Shown: in pieces, positions 30,584 through 38,195 of the stretch
How positions within the stretch are numbered: position 1 is the first letter of the stretch
Layout: every line of letters begins with the position of its first letter
Assembly: GCA_964583525.1 (NCBI GenBank)
Contig: CAZOXD010000010.1
Location: forward strand, 1-53,476
Source: an uncultured Pseudomonadota bacterium
GTDB lineage: Bacteria > SAR324 > JACQKK01
DNA length: 53,476 nucleotides
Direction: 5' to 3'
Position numbers and translations under genes: made by a program
The notes under the pieces: model-generated
What the model was told of the DNA's origin: nothing
Database searches by the model: none
The model's input: only the letters and a program-made list of their open reading frames with translations

Positions 30584-30629
30584 GCTGAAGGGTTCAGATC
30601 CTTTCCAGGGGGTTTGATCTCCCCCATCT

Positions 30630-30675
30630 CCACGGAAGTAGGTCACAGCCCGCTTTGGCATGATGCCGGGGCGGG
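30630..30675. repeat. Copy 3 of the conserved ~45-nt hairpin motif
   Basis: CCACGGAAGTAGGTCACAGCCCGCTTTGGCATGATGCCGGGGCGGG, 4 bp from the stop codon of int2. Confidence 0.9.
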
Positions 30676-30679
30676 AAAT

Positions 30680-31948
30680 TTACTGATATTTTCCATCCTG
30701 CATTTCTTTTGCATAATTTTCCATAATCCTTACCCCGTTTTTTAGCCAAAAAGCCCAGGCCTCTTCATTGGTTTTCGGAGCATGAATAGGATCGAGTATG
30801 GTTAAGAGTTTGTTTTCCCAAGTCTCAAGTGCATTCATCTTCTCCAGATCGTAGGAATATCTGTCATAAAGACGAGTAACACCTGCTTCAACGTGATTAA
30901 GAACTTTTGATAGTACCGGCCCAGGAATGCCTGCGGATGCCATATGGCTAGTAGCGGTTCGCCTGAGATCATGGAGCCAAAAATCTTGGATCCCCGATAA
31001 TTCTTTTACTCGTTGAGCTGCCTTTTGGACATTAGCTATGTGCTGGTTCTCCCTTGTCGGGCTAGGAAACACCCAAACCTGATCCTTTTTCTTTTCTGGA
31101 AGAGAAGAAATGATTTCCTTGGCCGTGACGCATAATGGCACTCGATGAAAATGTCCATTTTTTACAAACTCCCCCGGGATCGTCCACCATTTGCCTTTTT
31201 CATCAATATCCCGGAACCGCATATGGGAAATTTCCCAGCGCCGTTGAGCCAAAAGAAGCATGAGTTTAAAAATTGCCCCTACATGGGCTCCTTGCTCATC
31301 AAAAGCGATCCAAACCGATCTGATTTCCTCCTCTGTCAGGACTCTCTCTCGTTCATTTTCCTTTGAGAGTTTTTTTATCCCATGACATGGATTTACCTCC
31401 AACATGTCACGGCTAATCGCCCAGTTAAAAATTACGCTAATCAATGAGTGAATACGGTTCGCCTGAATTGGAGCGCCTCTGGATACAACACCATCTAGTA
31501 AAGCAATTACATCACGTTTTTTAATGTCGGTGGCTCGGAGTCTCCCCCAGGCTGGAAGCAATTCTTTTTTAATCAGTCTCTCGTCCGCTTTCCACTGTCG
31601 CTTTTTAGGCTTGGCATGTTTTTCAAGATATTCATTGGAGATTGCCTTAAAAGTCTTCCCATCAAGCCTCTTTGTTTTTTTCCGCTCGTAAACTAAATCC
31701 AACCCTTTTTGCGCAGAATTCAGAATATCCCTTGCCTCTCTTTTGGCTTCTGCCATTTTCATTGTTGGATAGACACCAAGTTTTTTGCTTTTCTGTTTAC
31801 CTCCGACCCGGTACATCACGATCCACGACTTTTTTCCTGAACTGTAGACATTAAGGCCTAGCTCGGCATCTTTATCCCAATATTGATCCTTTCCCTCCTG
31901 TGGAGGCTTGAGTGCCTTAACAATCCGATCTGTCAGTTTTTTTTTCAT
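30680..31948 (-). CDS. int: Tyrosine recombinase/integrase with arm-binding domain, paralogue of 9023-10312
   Basis: MKKKLTDRIV..., LLAQRRWEI, HDLRRT, VLNH and RLYDRYSY; long blocks shared with int1. Confidence 0.95.
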   Translation of the reverse strand: MKKKLTDRIVKALKPPQEGKDQYWDKDAELGLNVYSSGKKSWIVMYRVGGKQKSKKLGVYPTMKMAEAKREARDILNSAQKGLDLVYERKKTKRLDGKTFKAISNEYLEKHAKPKKRQWKADERLIKKELLPAWGRLRATDIKKRDVIALLDGVVSRGAPIQANRIHSLISVIFNWAISRDMLEVNPCHGIKKLSKENERERVLTEEEIRSVWIAFDEQGAHVGAIFKLMLLLAQRRWEISHMRFRDIDEKGKWWTIPGEFVKNGHFHRVPLCVTAKEIISSLPEKKKDQVWVFPSPTRENQHIANVQKAAQRVKELSGIQDFWLHDLRRTATSHMASAGIPGPVLSKVLNHVEAGVTRLYDRYSYDLEKMNALETWENKLLTILDPIHAPKTNEEAWAFWLKNGVRIMENYAKEMQDGKYQ

Positions 31949-31973
31949 GGGAGCCGGAGAAATATTTTATTCA

Positions 31974-31994
31974 TATAACTAACGTATAACTAAC
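31974..31994. promoter_or_regulatory. Tandem 11-bp-period repeats (TATAACTAAC x2), putative arm-type sites
   Basis: Copies at 31974 and 31985, between int2 and att3. Confidence 0.55.
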
Positions 31995-32120
31995 AAAAAG
32001 TCGAGTTTGATATCACGTAAATTTTCGTGTTTTTCTTCTCAAAACAAAATAATTGTCATAATATCAATCATATGAAACAATTTTACCTAATAATTCCAAC
32101 GAGATGGATTAAAAAATTAA

Positions 32121-32166
32121 GCGATTCATAATCGCGAGGTCGGGAGTTCAAGTCTCCCTCCTGCTA
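32121..32166 (+). repeat. att scar 3: 3' half of a tRNA(CAU)
   Basis: GCGATTCATAATCGCGAGGTCGGGAGTTCAAGTCTCCCTCCTGCTA, identical to copy 1. Confidence 0.92.
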
Positions 32167-32230
32167 TTTCAAGATGTTGTGTGATTACAGGGATTTGTGA
32201 ACCCTTTTCGGCGATTGCCGGGGAGGGTTT

Positions 32231-32340
32231 TGACCTGCCCCCCGTTTTTGTACCACTCGTGAGTTGGTCCGAAGAGATTCCAGCTAAAACCGGTAATGCG
32301 GGGGCTACAGGTGGCGATCCACCCAGACTAATGCGGCCTA
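32231..32340 (-). mobile_element. IS3-family right-end remnant
   Basis: Terminal TGACCTGCCCCCGTTTTTGTACCACTCGTGAGTTGGTCC; the adjacent minus-strand SLGGSPPVAP resembles an IS3 OrfB C-terminus. Confidence 0.5.
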
Positions 32341-32450
32341 ACTCACTTACGCTTTTATCGCCCCGCGGATACCGAAAGGATTTGCAGGCAGGATTATCGG
32401 CGAAAACTTCGACTTTGCCGCTGGGACGTGTTCGCAGCCGCCGGACGATC
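32330..32450 (-). pseudogene. Possible S24/CI-repressor C-terminal remnant
   Basis: IVRRLRTRPSGKVEVFADNPACKSF...ELGRI resembles VKRL...SDNP...IIGRV. Confidence 0.35.
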
Positions 32451-32475
32451 CTGTTGCCCCCCACCCTTCGTGCAT

Positions 32476-34026
32476 TTATTCCGTCGGGTTGGTGGCCTGG
32501 CCCGGATCCCCCTCGGAAGGGTGAGCAGTTGGAATGGAGCCAAAGGGCGCAGATTCCCGCGCCCTCAAAATGATTGGCTTGCTTGACAGGATCTTAGGGC
32601 GAATCACGATCAGGATTTCGGTTTCCAGGATTTGCGACTTTTCTTCACGGAAGAATACACCGAGCAAGGGGATATCCCCCAGTACCGGCACTTTCGTAAT
32701 CTGGAAGCGCCGTTTCTTTTGCAAAAGTCCACCCAGGATAATAGATTCCCCTTCCCTGATGCGGACGGTGTTGGAAATCGAATGGGATACGATTTCAGGG
32801 AATCCTTTGTCGCTGGTGGTAAGATCGCTCACCCGAGCCGTGAGGATATTCAACACGACTTCGTTGGTCTCTGCGATGTGGGGGATGATCTTCAACTCCA
32901 CCCCGAAGCGCACACTCTCATTCTTGCGGGTTTCATCGTTCGGGGTCAGATCGATCCAGGATTCATGGATGGAAGAGAAGGTGGCCATGCGGCCATCGAG
33001 TGTGACGATGCTGGGTGTGGCCTTGAGCGATGCATCGCCCTTCCGGCTGAGCCATTTGACCGACGCCGCGAATTCCTTCGTCAGCAGGTTGGCCATTTTG
33101 TATTGCAGTCCGAGACCTCCACCATTTCCGCTGACTTGCCATGATGAACCAAACCCGCTGGATTCTTCGGAAGGACTTTGCCCACCCGACCAATCGATGC
33201 CCAGGAATTTACGGCCTTTTTGGGTGATTTCGAGAATGGTCATCTCCAGCAGAACCTGAGGCGGTTGCCGGTCAATCGTCAACACGTCTTTTTGAATTCG
33301 CCGCTGAACCGACGTGGGCGCCACGACCGTCAGCAGTCCACGTTTCTCGTGGAGGGTTATGAAGCGGCGATAGTATGGGGAGATTAATTCGTGGACTTCC
33401 TTTGGGCTGAGATGGACAGGTTTGTACAGGCAGGTTTCGGACAACAGATGAAAAGAGGGATTCTCCGGCGTACCCTCGCCGATCAGATAGAATTCATCGA
33501 TCCTCCGAAAGCTGAAATTTCCGGGAGATAGAATCATCTCCAGACTTTTTTCCAAGAGCTGATTTTTAATGTTGGCCGAAATCAATCCCTGCACCGTCTC
33601 ATCCGGTATAATGGTGACCTCGCTCTGAATGCTCAATTCCAGCAGCGCTTCACGCAGATCGGCTTCCACGAACAATGCGGAAACCAAAGGCTGCTCTCGA
33701 TTTTGCGAGGGCTCGCTTTCTTTGTCGCTACATACGAATTCCGTCTTGCCGGTCTCGCTTGCCGCGGTCACGACAGGGTGCGAGCCGTTCGAAACAGCTT
33801 CCAGCGCGCGCCGTGATTTCAGGATGTACTGCCAGGCCAATTCCTGCTCCTGGGGATGGTCACGGTAAATCCCCTCGAATGCCGCGAGGGCCTGCCGGTA
33901 TTTTCCTTGATCGAACAGGCTCTTCCCCTCCCACATGCCGAGGGGGGGAGAATCGGAAGCGGAACAGGAGGCCAGCAGACCGGCCGTCAGCCCCGCCAGC
34001 ATCATTTTTCTGAAGGCGGTTTTCAT
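32476..34026 (-). CDS. Lipoprotein secretin (type II/III secretin family) with TPR-like, N0/STN and N3 domains
   Basis: Lipobox LAS-C; PPQVLLEMTILE, LGIDW, TPSIVTLDG, GVELKIIPHI, GESIILGGL and VPVLGDIPLLGVFFR...ETEILIVIRPKI. Confidence 0.92.
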   Translation of the reverse strand: MKTAFRKMMLAGLTAGLLASCSASDSPPLGMWEGKSLFDQGKYRQALAAFEGIYRDHPQEQELAWQYILKSRRALEAVSNGSHPVVTAASETGKTEFVCSDKESEPSQNREQPLVSALFVEADLREALLELSIQSEVTIIPDETVQGLISANIKNQLLEKSLEMILSPGNFSFRRIDEFYLIGEGTPENPSFHLLSETCLYKPVHLSPKEVHELISPYYRRFITLHEKRGLLTVVAPTSVQRRIQKDVLTIDRQPPQVLLEMTILEITQKGRKFLGIDWSGGQSPSEESSGFGSSWQVSGNGGGLGLQYKMANLLTKEFAASVKWLSRKGDASLKATPSIVTLDGRMATFSSIHESWIDLTPNDETRKNESVRFGVELKIIPHIAETNEVVLNILTARVSDLTTSDKGFPEIVSHSISNTVRIREGESIILGGLLQKKRRFQITKVPVLGDIPLLGVFFREEKSQILETEILIVIRPKILSSKPIILRARESAPFGSIPTAHPSEGDPGQATNPTE

Positions 34027-34032
34027 CTCAAC

Positions 34033-35310
34033 TCATCCCTGGCCGTTTTTCAGCGAAATTCGATGTTTCGGCGAATTCGGGTAATGAGCCGTGGCGCCTT
34101 GACCGCTGACGGTCCGGATTTCCAGTGGGGTGGAAACACCGCTTTCATCCACAACCTCGGCAGTGAAGGTTTGTTGCGCATTCACCATCGATCCAACCTG
34201 CTTTTGTTTGAGAATGACCCGTCCGCGACCTTTACCTGCCAGCCGCACCTCGCGCGGGACAAAGGTATATCCGCCTGTTCGATTCCCATCGGTTGGGCCG
34301 GAGGGCAGCCGCACCAGGACCGCCTTAACCTGCGTGTTGACGAGGGTGAGCACGGAAAACGCAGTGCGATCCTTGCGCCATTTTATCCGGATCGGATTGG
34401 GCGTTACCCGCACCGGATTTGGATTGCGAGAAACCACGCTGGGCGGGAGAGCTTCCGCAAGATGCTCCGGCTTGATTTCGATTTCACCGCTCACCACCAC
34501 CTGGCCGCGCCGGCCGAGCCGGTTGACGATGCGCATCCTGTAGCTTCCGGGCCGCGTCACTTTTTCCAGCCGGCCCATCAGGCGCACCTTGGCGCCGGGA
34601 AATACCAGCGATCGTTCATCTCCATTCTTCCAGGTTGCCGCCGATTTGAGTTCGATTCGCTCCAGCAACCTGTTGTTCCCATCGCGCAATTGCAGGTGGG
34701 AGCGTACCCGATAATCCTGAAGCGAAACATTGCTGAGAACGCCGGAGATCATTGGTTTGCCGTTCACCTTTTCGATCCGGATGCCGTCGAACTGTCCCCG
34801 TTCACGGACATGTTTGCCGGCAATTTTCACCTTGATAATGACGGCATAGCGGACATTGATCCGGATGCCGTTGGCCTTGGATTCGCTTTCGCCTTCCTCC
34901 ACCATCACTGCGAATAATTTCGTACCCCTGACCCGCCGCGGCAGGACGACTTTCCCTTTCACCACCACCGGCCTGTTGGCCGTAATGTTCAGGTTGGATT
35001 TTTCCAGCAACACGAAGGGGCCCTTGGACTCTCGCTTGCCGGGAGAAGCGGCGAAAAACTCCATGTGACCGGATTCCTGTTGCGCCATGCCGAAAGGGGT
35101 GAGTTTTATTTCCCCGCTGCTCTTGGCGTGAACCGAAAAGGAAAAAGCGTGCTCGCTGTTGGGCCGCTGCTCTATTTCAATCAGCATTGGGGATACGGAC
35201 AATTCCGCCCCTTTCCCGATGTTGGCCATTGCCAAAATCATCAAGGACGCCATCCACCAGAGCATGATCACCCGGAAAACGATGCGGGATTTTCGTGATA
35301 ATTTATTCAT
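34033..35310 (-). CDS. Exported multi-Ig-domain PapD/FimC-like chaperone-type protein
   Basis: N-terminal hydrophobic signal; mature LSVSPMLIEI, VRYAVIIKV strand, LVFPG..VRL motif in domain 2, and a third beta-rich domain starting VRVTPNPIRI. Confidence 0.65.
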   Translation of the reverse strand: MNKLSRKSRIVFRVIMLWWMASLMILAMANIGKGAELSVSPMLIEIEQRPNSEHAFSFSVHAKSSGEIKLTPFGMAQQESGHMEFFAASPGKRESKGPFVLLEKSNLNITANRPVVVKGKVVLPRRVRGTKLFAVMVEEGESESKANGIRINVRYAVIIKVKIAGKHVRERGQFDGIRIEKVNGKPMISGVLSNVSLQDYRVRSHLQLRDGNNRLLERIELKSAATWKNGDERSLVFPGAKVRLMGRLEKVTRPGSYRMRIVNRLGRRGQVVVSGEIEIKPEHLAEALPPSVVSRNPNPVRVTPNPIRIKWRKDRTAFSVLTLVNTQVKAVLVRLPSGPTDGNRTGGYTFVPREVRLAGKGRGRVILKQKQVGSMVNAQQTFTAEVVDESGVSTPLEIRTVSGQGATAHYPNSPKHRISLKNGQG

Positions 35311-35333
35311 GTCCGATTCGGGGTTGGAGAGTG

Positions 35334-35378
35334 AAAAAACAGCCCATACGGGATTGCAAATGAATCACCGTACGGGCT
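35334..35378 (-). terminator. Intercistronic stem-loop with U-tract between the pilin-like gene and the chaperone gene
   Basis: AGCCCATACGG...CCGTACGGGCT (one mismatch, G-U on the minus-strand RNA), followed on the minus strand by GTTTTTTCAC. Confidence 0.7.
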
Positions 35379-35398
35379 CGGGGGGAAAAGACAGTGGA

Positions 35399-35872
35399 TT
35401 ACAGTGCCGACACGGTGATGGTGATATCACCGGAATAGGCGCCTGCTTCCTGGTCGGAAACGTCTCCCAGGGTCGCCGAGGCGGATACCGTGTGGCTGGA
35501 ATTGTGAACGCCCGCGCCCGTGTCGAAGGTCAGGCCGGCGCTGTCCAAGGCGTAGGACGGTGTGATCACGTTCGCCCCATTCACCAGATCCGCACCGGTC
35601 AGGGTCACGCTGATCTGCCCGTTGGATTTCACCGTGAAGGCATCCGAACCGGAGTAGATGGCGTTTTCCGAACCATCGGCGTCCGAGGTGGCCAGGGCGA
35701 AGTCATCCAGACCGACGATGGTGGCGAAAAGGCCGACGTTCAAGCTCACCGTGGCGCTGTCGCTGACGGTCCCACCACTCGCGATTCTTCCGCCGGCGGC
35801 GAAGGCCATTCCGTTGGCGGCGATCATAAAGAGAGAGAAAACGGCGACCAGCGTTTTGATAGTGTTCTTCAT
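35399..35872 (-). CDS. Sec-exported Csu/CS1 (SCPU-like) pilin-like subunit, 157 aa
   Basis: RBS GGAG; SPI signal ending AFA-A; small, Cys-free, rich in Ser/Thr/Ala/Gly/Asp; N-terminal SDSATVSLNV strand; C-terminal AGAYSGDITITVSAL. Confidence 0.7.
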   Translation of the reverse strand: MKNTIKTLVAVFSLFMIAANGMAFAAGGRIASGGTVSDSATVSLNVGLFATIVGLDDFALATSDADGSENAIYSGSDAFTVKSNGQISVTLTGADLVNGANVITPSYALDSAGLTFDTGAGVHNSSHTVSASATLGDVSDQEAGAYSGDITITVSAL

Positions 35873-36010
35873 TTGTTCAACTCCAATTTTAGGCAAGTTT
35901 GCCTGTTTTGATTGTGTGGCGAAGGGGAGCCGATTGTTATCGGCGCCGGTCCTCCGCAACCATGACCGGAAACAGTACTTGATGCTTCCCGGCCCTTCAC
36001 TTCTCCTTAT

Positions 36011-36026
36011 CGCAATCACCGTGCCA
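36011..36026 (-). promoter_or_regulatory. Sigma54 (-24/-12) promoter of the pilin-chaperone-secretin operon
   Basis: The minus strand reads TGGCACG-GTGA-TTGCG, matching the TGGCACG-N4-TTGC consensus. Confidence 0.85.
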
Positions 36027-36233
36027 CGGTGTTAGCCATTGTAATTATTGATGAATCACAGAATAACGGTATGTAACATAGTGACAACACCTGTAACGAG
36101 GGTGTAACATCAACCGTATCAAACCCACCCGTGTGGGGTGGGATGGGCAAAGTAAAGGAAATATCCGACTCAGGGGCCGGGCTGGGGGGGAAGAAACAGG
36201 CTTCATCGGGCCGGATTAGATGATGGAACATTC

Positions 36234-38195
36234 ATGAACGAGGCGATTATCCTGGCGGTCGATGACCAGGAAGAGATGCTATCCGCTTACAAGAACATCT
36301 TTTCCGGGCCACAAAGCCCCGCCCCCAATAGGCTGTTCGACGGCCCCCAATCCCATGAGGAAGCGCCTGCGGCAAGAAAGAACTTCACCCTGGTAACGGC
36401 AAACCAAGGCGAAGAGGCAGTGCGGATTGTTGAGGCATTGCATCGGGAGAACAGGCCGATTCAAGCTGTCTTTCTCGACGTCCAAATGCCTCCCGGAATC
36501 GACGGGCTGGAAACGGCCAAGCGGATGCGGGCCATCGACTCCGAGTTGCAGATCGTCATTTGCACGGCTTATTCGGAGCATCCCTTCGAGAACTTCATCG
36601 AGCAACTGGGGCGGCCCGATCACCTGTATTACCTGGAAAAGCCCTTTTCCCCGGACGAGGTGTTGCAACTGGCCCATTCCCTGGCCGGTCAATGGTCACG
36701 GCGCCAGGAAATGAGTCAGGTCATGAGCCACCTTCGGCGCAATGCTGAAAAAACGGTTAATGAGGCTTTCAGTGGAAAGACCCATACAGGAAGTCTTCAG
36801 AATTTGTGCCTGGAATTCAACGATCTTACGGGAGCCCTTTCATCCTCACTCGTCCGGGAAGAAAGATCGGGAGCGTTGAAATTCCTGTACGGGTGCGGAC
36901 TGTTGGAATCCGACCAGGACATTTCACGGGCCCGAAACAACCGCCTGCCCCTGAAAATCTTCCGCATCGCCACCGGGGACGTCGAATCGTCCCTGGGCCG
37001 GCTGGCTGTCCTCTTGTTGCAGCCCAATCAATCGGATTTTTTTTGTCGTCAGGTGGTGGAAGCCTATAAGCCCGTAATGATTACCTTCGCCAGGGAAATG
37101 GAAAATAAACCCGGGCCGGAAAGCAACGCTTCGGCCTCCTCCCCGGAATCGGCCGCAGGGGGAGAGGGGCTGTCCCCGCTCAAGGAATTTCATGGCATCC
37201 TCAGCGGCGATCCCGGCATGCAACGCTTATGGGAGCAAATCGCCCGTGTTGCATTGCAGGATGTACCGGTTTTCATTTCCGGTGAAACGGGCGCTGGCAA
37301 GGAACTCGTGGCGCAAGCGATGCATCGGGAAAGCCCGCGCTCCACCCACACTTTCGTCGCGCTGAACTGCGCCAATCTCTCCGAAACCATGCTGGAGTCA
37401 CAACTGTTCGGCCACCACAAAGGGGCCTTCACGGGGGCCGTGCGCGATCAACCCGGACTATTGAGCGAGGCGGATGGCGGCACCCTGTTTCTCGACGAGG
37501 TGGCGGAAATTCCGCTGCCCATTCAGGCCAAATTGCTGCGGGTGCTCCAGGAGCGGGAATATCTTCCCCTCGGTGCGACCAAACCGGTGCGATTCGACAC
37601 CTTGATCGTTTCGGCCTCCCACAGTCCATTGCGGCAGGCTGTGCAGGAGGGCCGGTTTCGCGAAGACCTGTTCTACCGGCTGCACGTGATCCCCCTGGAA
37701 CTCCCGCCTCTGCGGGACCGCGGCGGCGATGCAGTCCTTCTGTTTCAGCATTTTCTGCAGGCTGAACTGGCAAAGAAAAAGGCCGGGTCGAAGCTTCCTG
37801 CAATCGGTCCGGATGTGCTTACCGTGATTCGGCTGCATGAATGGCCGGGCAATGTCCGCGAATTGCAAAATTTTTGCGCTTATATCGCAGCCATGAGCGA
37901 TGGCGATCGCATCACATTGGATCACTTGCCCCGCGAATTGAGGGAGGCTGTTGTCAATGCAGGAGGAGGAGAGTTTGCCGTTCCAGGCGCCGGTTCCCAG
38001 TTGACAATCCCCTCTTCAGGTCCTTCCGGAAGCATCGCCGGCCATCCCGAAACTTTTGCCCGGCCCTCACAATTAAATCGGGACACCATCCTCGCGGCGC
38101 TCGAACGCTGCGGAGGTAACCGGAGTGAAGTCGCAAGGCAATTCGGAGTAAGCCGGATGACCCTGTGGCGCCATATGAAGGCCGAGGGCATCTAG
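36234..38195 (+). CDS. Sigma54-dependent enhancer-binding response regulator (REC-linker-AAA+-HTH)
   Basis: REC (VDD, LDVQM, TAY, KPF); GETGAGKE; GAFTGA; LFLDEV; FREDLFYRL; WPGNVREL; C-terminal Fis-like HTH. Confidence 0.95.
   Translation: MNEAIILAVDDQEEMLSAYKNIFSGPQSPAPNRLFDGPQSHEEAPAARKNFTLVTANQGEEAVRIVEALHRENRPIQAVFLDVQMPPGIDGLETAKRMRAIDSELQIVICTAYSEHPFENFIEQLGRPDHLYYLEKPFSPDEVLQLAHSLAGQWSRRQEMSQVMSHLRRNAEKTVNEAFSGKTHTGSLQNLCLEFNDLTGALSSSLVREERSGALKFLYGCGLLESDQDISRARNNRLPLKIFRIATGDVESSLGRLAVLLLQPNQSDFFCRQVVEAYKPVMITFAREMENKPGPESNASASSPESAAGGEGLSPLKEFHGILSGDPGMQRLWEQIARVALQDVPVFISGETGAGKELVAQAMHRESPRSTHTFVALNCANLSETMLESQLFGHHKGAFTGAVRDQPGLLSEADGGTLFLDEVAEIPLPIQAKLLRVLQEREYLPLGATKPVRFDTLIVSASHSPLRQAVQEGRFREDLFYRLHVIPLELPPLRDRGGDAVLLFQHFLQAELAKKKAGSKLPAIGPDVLTVIRLHEWPGNVRELQNFCAYIAAMSDGDRITLDHLPRELREAVVNAGGGEFAVPGAGSQLTIPSSGPSGSIAGHPETFARPSQLNRDTILAALERCGGNRSEVARQFGVSRMTLWRHMKAEGI

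Noticed and set aside
8945-30675. Hairpin repeats or att copies as a CRISPR array or integron attC sites
   Set aside because: Copies are kilobases apart with no regular spacers and no cas genes. There are no RYYYAAC/GTTRRRY boundaries, and the integrases are arm-domain type rather than IntI.
10467-32166. The three tRNA(CAU) matches as functional tRNA genes
   Set aside because: All lack the 5' acceptor strand and D-arm, and none ends in CCA; they are att duplications.
32476-36026. Calling the secretin operon T2SS, T4P or Tad
   Set aside because: No ATPase, inner-membrane platform or prepilin peptidase in the window; the small subunit has an SPI signal, not a class III G/FxxxE signal.
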